Source of the DNA: Callorhinchus milii
Taxonomy: Eukaryota
Assembly: GCF_018977255.1 (NCBI RefSeq)
Contig: NW_024704759.1
Location: forward strand, 13,516,001 to 13,580,000
DNA: 64,000 bases
Direction of reading: 5' to 3'
Below, piece after piece: positions 12,801 through 25,700 of the stretch (its first letter is position 1; the number at the start of each line of letters is the position of its first letter). The translations under genes and the position numbers were made by a program. The notes under the pieces are model-generated. The model made no database searches. It was not told where the DNA came from and saw nothing but the letters and a program-made list of their open reading frames with translations.

Positions 12801-15800
12801 CCACACAGCTCTGTCTTGAAGAGTTAACAGGGGTCAATTGCCTCCTTCAAGGTCTATTTCAAGACCCTCCTCTTTGATCGTGCTTTCAGTTGTCCTCCAC
12901 CTCTCTGCCTTCCCCCACACCTACCCCACCCCTCTCCCATGATCGGTTCCCTGGCCCATGACTGTCCAGCACCTCGGGATGTCCTCCCGACGTGAAAGGC
13001 ATTCTCTAAGTGTAATTTTGTGGTTAAGTTGCTACGAGGAGTACCTACCCTCCAATTCCCGAGCTGTGGGGGTGGATTATTCCTGAGCACAATGCAGACA
13101 CTATAGCTGCATCGACCGAAGAGCCATCACGGTTCAGTATCTCAGTGCCGAGAGCGGAACATCGAGCCACATCTGTGACCACTGTGCCCTGGTGAAAAAT
13201 CTATAGCGAAAACAAGAAGGGAACGCGGAGTCATGACTCAAAGATATCTTTGAGACTGCAGAGACATGCAACGAATTCCTGAGCATGTTACATCCACCTG
13301 TGGGATTTATATATTACAGCACTGTCTATTCCGATCAATTATACACAAAGAATATATGAAAGAAGCAGTCATCGGTTCACATTTGACTTGCGATTAAACC
13401 ACCTAGAATTTTTGTAAATACTGGTAAATATATGTTTTGTGGTCAACGATTTCTTAACACCTGCTAAGACACAACTCTGATAGTGTCCTCCCGACGTAAA
13501 AGGCTTTATACAGACATAATTTATTGTTCTAGTTAATGTACGCTACACTTGGAAATGAACCAATCTACCAAAATATTCATTTTATCATTCAAGGCACGGT
13601 TAGATTTAACCTGCAGTTGAAGGATTGCGTTTAAAATAGAGTTGGATAAATCTTGGAAACTAAATAATATTGAAGGATCTGGGGAAAGACAGGGAAATGG
13701 GATTAGGGTAAATTAGTGCCAAATTCGCCAACATAATATACAGTCAATTCACTTTACAGTATATTCTGTGAAGCGCTTTGCGACGTCTCGAAGACGTGAT
13801 AAGGCACTGTATCAAATGCAAGGATTATTATTAGAAGTATTAATATCCGGCTGCAGCACAGACATAATGGACTGAATGGGATTTCTGTGCTCTCATCCTG
13901 CTTATTCCTATCCTCTTACCTGTGGATCTCCAAAGTATATTTGCATCACCAGCGCCACAGTCACGCCAGTCGCGAATGTCAAGCAGGCAGTGATGATGAC
14001 AGTCAAGCCATCCTGGCGGCAGGTGCAGTCGCCTGAGAAAGGATCCTTACTCGTGACTCGCAGCGGCGACATCTCCTGGCTGCCCATTTCAGAGGAAGAG
14101 GACGGCAGGCGCCGGAGTCGAGCGGATTTCAGGAAAAGATCTGGATCTGCACGAGGAAATTAAAAAAATCATATCGTATCCGCTGTAGGGTAATTACTGA
14201 ACTCCTTACACACAAAAAAAATCAGAGCTAGGAGGAGATGGGATGGAGAAGGAGAGAAATGTAGATAGGATCATAGGAACAGAAGTAGGCCATTCAGCCC
14301 CTTGACCTTGTTCCGCCATTCTATAAGAACATGGCTGATCTGTACCTCAACTCCAATTTCTCGCCTTTATCCCATATCCCTCGATACCCACAGCTAACCG
14401 ATATCTATCCAACTCAGCCTCAAAAAAAATGTTTTTTAAAAAAAAGGGGTCAATTTCTAACTTCAATCAATGTTGCAATTGTACTGAACACTCAATGGCA
14501 AATCACTGCAATTTGGGCAAATGATATAGGTCTTAATAAATAGAGGGATTAGGAATTGAATTAATAAAACAAGGGTTTAGGAAGAATGCCTTAGCCGATT
14601 AAACCATTGCCTGGAGTGAAACAGGCATTCAGACTCATAAATCCTGGCTCCTGAGTCCATGATGAGTTAGCTGGTTTCAGGAAGTAAAGCAGGAAATACA
14701 CTTCAATTGTCCTCAGTGCTTTTGGGGGGGAAAAAAGGGTTGTACTGCTCTGGTTGCTATTCAGCGACTCCCTGTTAAAAAGAATATATGTTTGTGTTGC
14801 ATCTAGATGTTGGGTAAGGATAGGACTGGTCTCATTTTGTCAGTCCTCCTCTCCCAAACACACACTCACAGCGCATTTCAATGCATATCAGTATCTGTGC
14901 CAAATGACAACATCGTGATAAAGAAATGAATGTGCAAACGGTTATCCAAATTATCCATCTGTCCAAAGCAGGAATCATCTCTAATCTGTTCACTGTCTTG
15001 TTGATATAATCACTGTAGCTTTACTGTAATGTGTGTGCAATTGGATATTAAAAATTAATCCAGTTAGTAGTTTTATATATATATTTATACACATATATAC
15101 CCATTCTCCAGTATATGTATACATACCCAAATCGTAATTGACAACTTGCATTTACTGTAGATTTTTAATTAAATGTGTAATACAAACCAAATCAAGAAGA
15201 TAAAATTTGGAATCCAGTGTAATCTTTCGTATTTATATTGAATTACCAATATCCAAACATGCTGCTGACTTCCAGAGCCATTTTAACCTCGGATCCTAAA
15301 TGCACCTGCGGGGCCCCCTCCCCAAAACATCCAAATGTGGTGGGTATCAGCAAACAGCTCTTGGCTAATTAACCAGGACAGTAAATCGGAATGGATCCAG
15401 TTCAATGCATATGCAATGGGTTTGGAGTCTCGAGTCCCATTCGAAGGCGCAGTGAACGAACCCTCGTGTGATTGAACGAATATCGCGGATATGTCCCTGA
15501 TGTTCGTGAACACTTGGGACTGTGTGCACTCACACACCATCGCACACCGCCGTCATGTCAGCTCAGAACCCGGACCAGCTTCCAACTCTTGAAGAGTCAA
15601 TTTCAACAGCTGTTGAACTCTCCATATTTACAGCTAACATCGCAAGNNNNNNNNNNNNNNNNNNNNNNNNNNNNNNNNNNNNNNNNNNNNNNNNNNNNNN
15701 NNNNNNNNNNNNNNNNNNNNNNNNNNNNNNNNNNNNNNNNNNNNNNNNNNNNNNNNNNNNNNNNNNNNNNNNNNNNNNNNNNCCCACCCATTCACACACT

Positions 15801-16424
15801 CACCCACCCATTCACCCACCCACCCACCCACCCATTCACCCACCCACCCACCCATTCACCCACCACCCACCCACTCACCCACCCATTAACCCACCCATTA
15901 ACCCCCCCACCCAACCGCCCACCCACTAACCCACCCACCCACCCATTAACCCCCCCGTGCCTGTGGGCTAGTGCCACCTCGGCTCATATTAATGATATGA
16001 ACCCGAATTCCCAATGATGTCTCACTCCACTCACAAAAATAAGTAACTTTGGGGGCAACAGCAACAGCAGAGATCACACCTGTACGTGGGGTAAAAAATT
16101 ATATACATTATATCTGAGTGGTGATATCTGCCCTATTACCTGAAAATAAAAAAAAGCGTCATTCCTGTAAGACTTATGAAGACACTGTAATGGCATCGAG
16201 ACAGTGGTCGCCCTGTGTGACTGTGTTGGGTGTTAAACCCCTTTACCTGCGGGGTCCGGGTCGCCCAGAGAGCAGTCGTCCTCCTTGCGGAATCGCAGTA
16301 CGTTTTCCGTGGATCCCGCATCGTCTTCTGGCAGCCGTGGGAAGCTGGTGATGCTCATGTAGTCCACAGGAGAATAGGCCCCGAGGTTTGTGTCCTGTCC
16401 GGGCTCTGTCCTGTCATCCGCCAT
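3856..16424 (-). CDS. GGT7: Gamma-glutamyltransferase 7 (glutathione hydrolase 7), 15 coding exons, ~661 aa
   Basis: Exons (- strand): 16247-16424, 13920-14146, 13049-13200, 12417-12534, 10713-10780, 9839-9912, 8773-8966, 8022-8109, 7460-7587, 6842-6930, 6425-6577, 5718-5832, 5276-5413, 4602-4701, 3856-4019. All are GT-AG and phase-consistent (1986 nt). Peptides [43 protein letters not shown] segment [49 protein letters not shown] and KDPRSSDAA match GGT7. Confidence 0.96.
4905..5220 (-). mobile_element. L2 3'-end fragment (similar pieces at 7140-7375+, 12835-13025+, 36225-36520-, 38935-39120-)
   Basis: Shared tail CCAGxGCxTTGGGACGTCCTCCCxACGTGAAAGGC and WNS/LKTFLF-type remnants. Confidence 0.75.
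8473..8588 (-). repeat. Copy A of a duplicated structured intronic element (GGT7 intron 7)
   Basis: Aligns with 9984-10079 (gtgtttatgtcagt..ccactggagctcca..ccagattgct.gaccatatg..gtaattcccatgcagtg). Confidence 0.75.
9495..9598 (+). mobile_element. CR1-type 3' tail (related pieces at 2605-2790-, 13610-13915+, 14265-14420-, 19545-19775-, 41045-41185-)
   Basis: GGCACGATGGGCCAAATGGTCTCCTTCTGTGCTGTAGGATTCTAT tail typical of CR1 and CR1-mobilised SINEs. Confidence 0.7.
9984..10079 (-). repeat. Copy B of the duplicated structured intronic element (GGT7 intron 5)
   Basis: Aligns with 8473-8588 in the same orientation. Confidence 0.75.
10910..11425 (-). mobile_element. L2-clade LINE fragment (ORF2 C-terminal region, frameshifted)
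   Basis: Translations [71 protein letters not shown]. Confidence 0.9.
15647..15782. other. Assembly gap (N run)
   Basis: Run of n. Confidence 0.99.
15783..15957. repeat. (CCAC/CCATT)-rich simple repeat next to an assembly gap
   Basis: CACCCACCCATT-type units. Confidence 0.85.
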
Positions 16425-16519
16425 AATCCCTTCCCGGTCACTTGCAAAACATCGGGGGCGTAAGATTCGTGCAGAGCGAATGCGATTCGAGTCAGAAAAA
16501 ACCTTCCTTTCTCTGTGTC

Positions 16520-17345
16520 GGTGTCTCTCTCTCTCTCTTTCTCTATCAGTGTGTGTCTCTCTCTCTTGTGTGTGTGTCTTGCTCTGTGTGTTGCTCTGGG
16601 TGTGTGTGTGTTGCTCTGGGTGTGTGTTGCTCTGTGTGTTGCTCTGGGTGTGTGTGTGTTGCTCTGGGTGTGTGTTGCTCTGTGTGTTGCTCTGGGTGTG
16701 TGTGTGTTGCTCTGGGTGTGTGTGTGTTGCTCTGGGTGTGTGTGTTGCTCTGGGTGTGTGTTGCTCTGGGTGTGTGTGTGTGTGTGTGTTGCTCTGGGTG
16801 TGTGTCTTGCTCTTGTGTGTGTGTTGCTCTGGGTGTGTGTGTGTGTGTCTTGCTCTGTGTGTGTNNNNNNNNNNNNNNNNNNNNNNNNNNNNNNNNNNNN
16901 NNNNNNNNNNNNNNNNNNNNNNNNNNNNNNNNNNNNNNNNNNNNNNNNNNNNNNNNNNNNNNNNNNNNNNNNNNNNNNNNNNNNNNNNNNNNNNNNNNNN
17001 NNNNNNNNNNNNNNNNNNNNNNNNNNNNNNNNNNNNNNNNNNNNNNNNNNNNNNNNNNNNNNNNNNNNNNNNNNNNNNNNNNNNNNNNNNNNNNNNNNNN
17101 NNNNNNNNNNNNNNNNNNNNNNNNNNNNNNNNNNNNNNNNNNNNNNNNNNNNNNNNNNNNNNNNNNNNNNNNNNNNNNNNNNNNNNNNNNNNNNNNNNNT
17201 GTTGCTCTAGGTGTGTGTCTTGCTCTTGTGTGTGTGTTGCTCTGTGTGTGTGTTGCTCTGTGTGTGTGTTGCTCTGGGTGTGTGTGTGTGTTGCTCTGGG
17301 TGTGTGTGTGTGTGTGTTGCTCTGGGAGTGAGTGAGTGAGTGTGT
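16520..17345. repeat. TG-rich minisatellite, unit GTTGCTCTGGG(TG)n, containing an assembly gap
   Basis: Repeated GTTGCTCTGGGTGTGTGT units on both sides of the N-run. Confidence 0.9.
16865..17199. other. Assembly gap (N run)
   Basis: Run of n inside the minisatellite. Confidence 0.99.
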
Positions 17346-17801
17346 CACACAGGTGCGGGGACTGAAAGGGTTCCCCAATGAAATGTATGTAATGGTTCGG
17401 TTCGGTTCGGTCGGTGTACACAGGCGGTGTACACAGGAGGAAACTGACCCGTGAGGCGGAGCGCGCAATGCACTGTGCGGGAGGAGGAGGATGGAAACCG
17501 ACCCCACAACAAACAGCTGATGGATGAGGTCGATCTCCTGATCCCTCGAAAACACCAGAGAACAGACCCCCCCCCACCCCACCCCACCCCCAGCAAAGGA
17601 AGGCGGGTGTCGGCAGTCTGCACACAGTGAAGTGGGTTTGAAATCAAACCGCATCGACCATCACCAAACTCACAGCGACACCGCTCACGGTTTGGGCACC
17701 GAAACACAACGCAGCCCCAGGACTGCGGATTGTGATGCGCTGCGTTGTGTTGAGCGACGCGGATTAAAGCTGTGTCCCACATAATTTTTTTTCCCTTTCT
17801 G

Positions 17802-18120
17802 CCCCCCACACCCCCCCACCCCTCCCCCCCCCCACCCCCCCCCCCCCCCCACACCCCCCACCCCTCCCCCCCCCACACCCCCCACACCCCTCCCACACCC
17901 CCCCTCCCCCCCCCACACCCCCACACCCCTCCCCCCCCACCCCCCCCACCCCTCCCCCCCCCACACCCCCCCACCCCTCCCCCCCCCCCACACCCCACCC
18001 CACACCCCCCCCACCCCCCCCACCCCCCCACCCCTCCCCCCCCCCCACACCCCCCCCCACCCCTCCCACCCCCCCCCCCACCCCTCCCTCCCCACACCCC
18101 CCCCACCCCTCCTCCTCCTC
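17802..18120. repeat. C-rich low-complexity tract
   Basis: Poly-C runs interrupted by A/T. Confidence 0.9.
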
Positions 18121-19424
18121 CAAACAAATGCTCACCATCACTACAGCTCAAGGGGAGGGAAGGGAGGAAAACACTGGCGTAATCTTCCTACTGCACTGCA
18201 GAGGATTGACTGACTGACTGACTGACTGAGCTGCCAGTGAAGCAGATAACTAACAGCTGTTATACAATTCCTCCTCCTCTGCGTTTGCCACAACATTTTT
18301 TTTTAAAAATATGTATTTTAGGATTGTAAAGCGGCAGCGGTTTGCACGGCTGTGTGGTGGAGGGGGAGAGGGTGCATTAACCCTGCGCTTTCCGGGACCA
18401 TTTTAAAAATCGAGGGCACCAGTGAAAGCGGATGAAAGCTGCTCAGGACAACACGGAAGTCTGACGGCTGCTCTCGGAAAATGTGTCAGGAAAGACGTGC
18501 AGCGCCGGGGATGCAGCAGAGTGGGGGCTATTCGTGCCCCTGTCTGAGTGCACCTCCTGCACACCCGTGCATGCATCTGCTTCAGATAATAATACAGGAC
18601 CGAAACACGACTGTAATCGTTAACACATCATTAGAGATATAGATACTGTGTATAAAATGACTCACCGGCCGGTTACAATCGATCGATCAATCAATCAATC
18701 AATCAGTGGGGAATATTTCTTCCTAATGTGCTGAGGATTGTGAACCAGATTGCTCACTGCGCAATGCAACGATGTGGGGCTCGGATTCCACCCAACAACG
18801 TCTGCAGATTCTCACATCTTCACACCCCTCTGCGGGTGGCTGGAATGGGACTGCTGTGGGTCCGCAATTGCGATTGAAACAATCGCCAATTGATCGATCG
18901 ATTTCTCAGACGTGATGTCTGCTATGTGGATTCTTGGCTTTCCCACGTACAGGAAAGCCACACCTACAAAATGTCTGTTATGTTTCCCTTGTTCCCTCCC
19001 CACCTCCCCTCCCCTCCCCCCAACACACACACAGACACACACACTTACACTTGGAATTGCAGACACATTTAGCTGTTTCTCCTGTGTTCACATCAACAAA
19101 CGGAGACGTTTAACTTAACATGACTGGAAACCGAGAAAGTGGTACGTATTGCATCTCCGATTCTTTAAAATATATACAGTCAATTCACTTTACAGTAAAT
19201 TCTGTGAAGCGCTTTGAAATATCTTGAAGATGTGATAAGGCGCTATATCAACTGCAAGGATTATTATTATTAAAGATCTGGTTTTGAGAATGAAGGATAT
19301 TATCATTTTTTTCCTCCTTGAACCTTATGACAGCATTTCATGATAATAATCATTGACATCAGTTAATTGGCTTTCTCTGGGACTCTGTATGTGAAATATA
19401 AAATAAGTACATTATTGGTGGCTG

Positions 19425-19922
19425 GTTTTTGTGACTTCTGCAAGAAATAGTAGCATCATCTCGACACTCCACCAGTAATTGGAAATGAATAGCTCTCCTT
19501 CAGTTAGAATGGTAAAATGTGGTCCCATCTGCTGGTTCTTATGTAAGAACATAAGAAATGCTAGACAAAAGAAGAACAAGGTCTATCTAGTTCACCTCCG
19601 CCTTCCTGGCGGTTGCATGCACATATGTCCCGAGCTACCTATGTACTATAACCCATAATGTTATTTCCTAAAAGAAAACGACCTAACCTGTGTTTGAAAG
19701 AATCAACACTTGCTGTTTCAACCATTTCCCTAGGGAACTTGTTGCACAGGTTCCCTATTCGCTCACTGAAATAATGTTTGTGTGTTTTTTGTGACTTATG
19801 CAAGAAATAGCATCATCTAGACACTCCATCTGTAATTGAAAATGAATAGCTCTCCTTCAGGTGGAATGATAAAACATGGTCCCATCTGCTGGTTATATAA
19901 GAACATAAGAAATGCTGGACAA
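19425..19922. repeat. Local direct duplication (~140 bp units at 19425-19568 and 19785-19922)
   Basis: Both copies read ttttgtgactt.tgcaagaaatag...gtaattg.aaatgaatagctctccttcag...ggtcccatctgctggtt...taagaacataagaaatgct.gacaa. Confidence 0.85.
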
Positions 19923-20659
19923 CTGGTGAAGTAGTGTTTTCTTCATTCTCATGACACTCTTGAAAAAAAAGTGATTTTTTTCTCAGTGTCCCACTTCACA
20001 TTCACATCCTCAAGATAAAATATTTATTCATCTCATGACTGTTTGTGGAATCTAGTTGTGTGGAAAATTGCGGAGTGGGGTGGGGGGGAGGGGCGACAGT
20101 TGTGTTTGTCTATAGCAGTCATTGCTCTTATAATACTAATCCTTGCATTTTATAAAGCATCTTATCACGCCGTCAAGACGTTTCAAAGTGCTTCACCAGC
20201 AATTATTCAGGACCTCAACTGGAAAGTACACATTGATATGTGTGATTGTCAGATGAAGCCAAGATTAGGCTTGACTGTAATGATCAAATAGTTTCCCAAC
20301 ATCAGTGTCTATGTGGGCTCAAAATATCAATGAACAACAAATAATTTGTCGTTTTATCATGCTGAAACTTTCCAAAACATTTCAGAGTAATTGCTCTGGA
20401 GAGTAATATCTGATTTTGTATGCAGGTGAAGAAAGGTCACTTCAATCAACTCCTCTTCAGAACCACCTTCCAGTTTGGGGTCTCATTGTGTCTTTATAAA
20501 GCGCTTTGAGAGGTACCGTACTCCCTATGTGAGAGCTCCTTTATAAATGCAAATTGTTACAGATACTACCATTTCTAGAATAAGACTTAAAAAACTAGGT
20601 TATATTATTAAGACAAAATGCATGGAGTCCAAGAAGGGATTAGGGTGGATAACATCAAC

Positions 20660-21177
20660 AACAACAAGATTACATTTGTGTAGCGCCTTTCATATCGGGA
20701 GGACGTCCCGAGGCGCTGGACAGAGTACAGCATTTCAGGGGTCGGGGGGGGGGAAGGGAGGGGAAGGGGGGTGGCCGATGGCATGGTCGAAGAGGAAGGT
20801 CTTGAGGCGGGACTTGAAGAAGGCTAAGGAGGGGGCGAGGTGGAGTGATTGGGGGATGGAATTCCAGAAGTTAGGGGCAGAGTGGTTGAAGGCTCTCCCG
20901 CCAATGGTGGGGCGGGTGGATCGGGGGGACATGGAGCAGCCAGAGCCGGCTGAGCGGAGGGAGCGGGCGGGTTGGTAGGGGGTTAGGAGGTGGCAGAGGT
21001 AGGGTGGGTCGAGGCCATGGAGGGCTTTGTATGTGAGGACCAGGATCTTGAACTGGATCCTCTGAAGGATAGGGAGGCAGTGGAGTCGGGCGAGAGTGGG
21101 GGAGATGGGGTCACGGAGTTTGGTGCGGGAGAGGACACGGGCTGCAGAGATCTGGATTATCTGCAGTCTGTGGAGGA
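20660..21177 (-). mobile_element. L2 LINE 3' end
   Basis: LQIIQ-like segment, IGGRAFNHSAPNFWNSIP..FKSRLKTFLF, and 3' tail GGGACGTCCTCCCGA..AAAGGCGCT...(TTG)n. Confidence 0.9.
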
Positions 21178-21589
21178 TAATGATATTATAGGAGGAGCGA
21201 ACATTGACACTAATACAATGAGGTGAATGGATTCTTACCGCTCATTCAAAGTAAATACAACAACCCAAACAAATTACATTTGTTACCCTACAGTACTCAA
21301 GTGGTTTGTTTGTTTGATAATAATAATAACACTAATAACAATAACAATAATAATCCTTGCATTTGATACAGCGCCTCTTGGAGACGTCTCAAAGCGCTTC
21401 ACAGGATATACCGTAAAGTGGATCAACCGTACATTTCGTGGGCGATAACTTGTTTGGGGTGGGTGGGGGGGGGGGGGTGGGCATGTGTGTGTGTGTGTAT
21501 GTGTGTGTGTGTGTCATGTTCCCATTCAGTATGTGTGTGTGTGTGTGTGTCATGTTCCCATTCACAAAAAAAAACACGCGGGAGGGGGA

Positions 21590-21920
21590 GGGGCCTGACC
21601 AGGGCGTGGGAAAAAAAAACTGGATCTCGCGAGATTTAGCAAAGGGGCGGGGCAACGCTCTCGCTCCGATCTGCGCAGGCGCGGGTCGCTAGGCAACGGG
21701 CGGGAGGGAGGGAGGGCGGTGAGGCCTCAGCGGGAACCTCGGGTTGATTTCGTGGCCTGGAGTCCAACCGCCGGACACGGGCTCGGTGGGCGGCGCGGCA
21801 CCGACAGCGACGCCGAGGTGGGTTGGGTTGTGTCGTGTTTGCGAGGCCGGTCGCTCGGTCCCAGTCCAGTCCAGTCCGCCACCGGGCGGGGAAACCTCCG
21901 GCGGGGGGGCGGGGTTTGAG
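21590..21920 (+). promoter_or_regulatory. CpG-island promoter and non-coding first exon of the CYLD-like gene
   Basis: TCTCGCGAGA palindrome (BANP/ZBTB33-type) at 21625-21634, GC box ~21644-21652, NRF1-like TGCGCAGGCGC ~21672-21682, RFX X-box-like GTCGCTAGGCAAC at 21685-21697, donor GCG|GTGAGG at 21718/21719, acceptor before 22736. Confidence 0.7.
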
Positions 21921-22741
21921 TCGCCACCAACTAGGCCGCTGGGACCTCAGGGCGACTTGAACAGCTACTGATCGATCCCCTCATCCTCCCCCTCACTGCA
22001 TGTGGGCCTCATATTTGCTTCAACCGGTTGGTCTGTATATCCAGTGTGTGTGTGTGTGTGTGTGTGTAAAAGAATTTTCCCGATTTGTTGCTGTGCACCA
22101 CCTACCTGTTCGCTCGCCTCTATATAAAAGAGAATGCGTGTGTGTGTGTGTGTGTGGAAGAAGCTGAGCAGCTCCACGGAATAGCGTACTTACCGTCCGA
22201 GGTCCTGGCACACTCGCCAGAATCTGACCCTAATAATGATAATAATAATAATACCGATAATCCTCGCGTTTGATATAGTGCTTTTCACGCCTCCGAGGCG
22301 TCTCGAAGCGCTTCACAGAATGTGCTGTAAAGTGAACTAACCGTATGTTTGCGGGTGAAAGGCGGCAGCCGATTGCGCGCAGCAGCCTCCCCGCAAACAG
22401 TCGTGGATTAAGACTCGAGGGTCGGTACAGAGCCTTTGCCTCTGCTGAAGAGTTCAGGACATGCCCCTTCCTGTCTGTAACGCTCAATCCACCCGGTTGC
22501 TGCCTTCCGGGGGTATTTTGTAAACTTCAGTGAATTAGATAAAAGTAATCGCACTACATTTGATGCATTTTTTTAAATACACCAACACCGTATTAAAGCC
22601 ACAGACTTTTTACAAACCGTGAGTTTCCTGCTGCTTATTTTGAGATGCCAGCGGGTTAAATTCACACACGTTAGCGACTTTTTTTCAAAAAAAAATGTTT
22701 GGATGCTCCCTTCATCAATATGTTCTTATTTTCAGAACCAG

Positions 22742-25700
22742 ATGAATGAAGCATTGGTACCCAACTGCAGTATGGGTGGAACTGGAAAAGATGGACAATA
22801 TTTTGTGGTGCTAAAGGAATTCTTGGCTGACAAAAAGAAGATTCCTAAAGGTTCAGTGGTCCGAAAGATTAAAGAACATTATGTGGTTCTGGATCTAAAT
22901 AAGCCACTAATGAATCTATCACATGAGAAGGCAAAATATTTGAAAGAAATCAGCAAAGATGATGCGGAAATGCTTTTTGAAATTTCAGAACCTTTTCAAC
23001 GATATGAGCTCTTTCAAAATGAAAAACTCTTTAAATCTATTGCCCGAATAAAAATTCATGACATAGTTCAATTAAAACCCCCCAAAGGTCCACTCATGGG
23101 AATTGTGAAAAATGTTAAAGGTTCTGAAAAATCACATGAACTGCTGACTGGATTGCTTTTTGAAGTGGAGATCCTGGTAAGCAGCAAATATTGGAGAATA
23201 TTAATGGGGGTGGAAAATATCAGAAATGTGCAAGAAGTGGCACATTTTCTCAGTGTTATTACAATTTAAACAATTCAAGAAACTTCAGAAGTTGTACTTG
23301 AGGATTATCGGGATTATTGGGAATTATTTTCTTTTGTTTTCTTCCAGTCTTAAGTTCCCATTTACAGTTGTATTCTCGTATTCTCCCCCCAAAAAGATGA
23401 TGGAAATGAAATCTTCTCAGGCCTCTGGCACTAATGCTCTGCTTGCTGTGTTTGTTGTTTGTCTCATCAGCATCTGGAGCTCCACTCTGCCCTCCTCTAC
23501 AGTGGGTTAACTGAGAATGGGAAACCCAAGGTGCAGAGAATTGTCAATGGGTTCTGTGTGTGTGTGTGTGTTGGAGATTCACCTCACTGTGACATTGACA
23601 ATGGAAGCTTAAAAATGTAAAGAATGTGTTTCATTCAGAAGATTCAGTGGTGGTGCCCAACTTGACAAAACACTTTTTTTTAAACTTACTATGCCACTGT
23701 TCTCCACCTTTCTCTAAATGTCTGATATCGTCGAACCACATTTTTCACTTCATTAATTTTCACACTAATTGATTTTTTTAAAAATCCAGCCTGAAGACCG
23801 TAAAACAAGGCAAAAGGGTAAAGTCATCAATGTTGATGCGGGAGATATTCTAATTGCACATAATGCTGATGAAGGAGAATCAGAAAGTATGAATGAAAAT
23901 TATACCAAACTACACTGTGATGGTAAGTGTAAGCAATGTGTAATCTAATGTTTTATTGGAAACTTAGTGACATTTGAGTAGACTTTTTTTTACACTTTGG
24001 ACTCACAATTTTGACTTAGAACAATAACATCCGTTTGGCCTATTTGAGTGGCCTTTTCACCTACATAATACTTAGTTGCTACACTTTCCAGTATATTGTG
24101 TAAAGTGCTTTGAGATGTCCACCTGACATGAAAAGTACTATATGATATGTAAGGACTATTATCATTTTTGTCTTGTTTGGGAAGACTAATAGCAGGACAA
24201 ATTGCATCCCAGCAAACCAGAATAGAGCAATGAGAAGAGAAAAGGCAAGATATTTTTTGTTTCTAAATCCGAGCATTCCAAGGAGCACTACACATCTACA
24301 TTTGTTGTTCCAGGGAAATCAGGTCCATTTCTTACTGAGAATGAGGAACTTGATCTAGAAGTTGGCTCGATGGTGCAAGTAAAATGGTTGAATGGTGCTA
24401 CAGTCTATGGCGTTATTAGATGGATTGGGGTTCCCAAAGGTTTGAAATGTGATTTTGCGGGAATTGAAATGGTGAGTATGGAAGTAATGGAAACGTTTTA
24501 TAACTGAAAAAGTGTCTGTACAATTGTTGTTATATTATTTTGGGTGGAAATAGTGGACCATAATAGTGACTTCATTTGAGAGTCCACTTTGACTCCTGGC
24601 ATTAATTTCCTCACTCTCCCACACACCAATATGGAAAACAAAATAGGATTTAACTTATCCTGTCGTATCATTCTGAAGCAACTTTCCCAGTTTTCTGGAT
24701 TTTGTGATGTGTTATTACAATATCGTTATTGGAATGTCAATATACATCCTAAATGACTATTAATAATATTTCTTAATGTGCATGGAATGGGCTTCCATTG
24801 CTAATTTATTGACTTTTGGAAATTTGAATATTTCAAGAATATTTCAAGAATTATTTTTTTTGGGGGAAAAAATGTTTTTCTTTAGGACTATGGATTAAAC
24901 GAAGGTACTGATGGAACTCTTCATAAAGAGCGTTACTTTAGTTGTGATCAATACAAAGCCATTTTTGTGGAGCTAACCAACTGTAAACCCGATGCGCGCT
25001 TTTTAACCAGGACACCAACCAAAAAGCCAACCACTCCGCAACACGTACCACCAGGTGAATGTCTTTGCTTTTTTAAGCAAAATTCTTTGTGTTTCTTTGG
25101 GTCTTGCTTCCATGTTGGACAGAATTAACGAAATTGCTGTGTTTGTGTAGAAGCTAGGATATTTGGTGAAGAAATGACCATAAATGAGGATGTCCCACCA
25201 GTCCGAGAAGACGAAGCACTACGTCTGATGAAAGGGAGAATGAAGGGGATTCAGGGGCATTATAACTCTTGTTATTTGGACGCCACAATTTTCAGGTGCA
25301 GTCAGTTGCCCTAGTTTTGAGATATTTGTGTGTCTGTCGCTGTGTTGGTCTTGGTTTTGAGTTTGAACCTGAGTTTAAATCCAGTGATGAATGATGGAAT
25401 GGGACTCTCCTGTATCTAATGGCTGTAAAGAGGTTTGTGAAGTTGGAGGTAGTTCTGAGGAGAAAAGCCTGACAAAAGCCCGACAGGTTCCAGGCTAGTC
25501 AGCCAGTCTGCCTTACCCGAGGGATTTGTATGTGTAAATGTGCCCGAAGACCAAGATTCCAAATCCCAGTGGGTAGTGCAGTCCTATCTATATGGTTGCC
25601 ATGAGTTCAGGAGGGTTAAATCATCTGGGTTATTCTGCCAGGTTGGTGTAGAGAATGAAAAGAATAATACATTTTAACTTGTTTTCTTAAAAAAAAGCAA

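Noticed and set aside
16233-18182. Long ORFs (up to 473 aa) rich in H/T/C/V/G/P
   Set aside because: They run through minisatellite, poly-C and N gaps. Only 16247-16424 (GGT7 exon 1) is real coding sequence.
22619-22735. Upstream extension of the CYLD-like ORF
   Set aside because: Precedes the acceptor TTTTCAG at 22735 and begins at a non-ATG codon.
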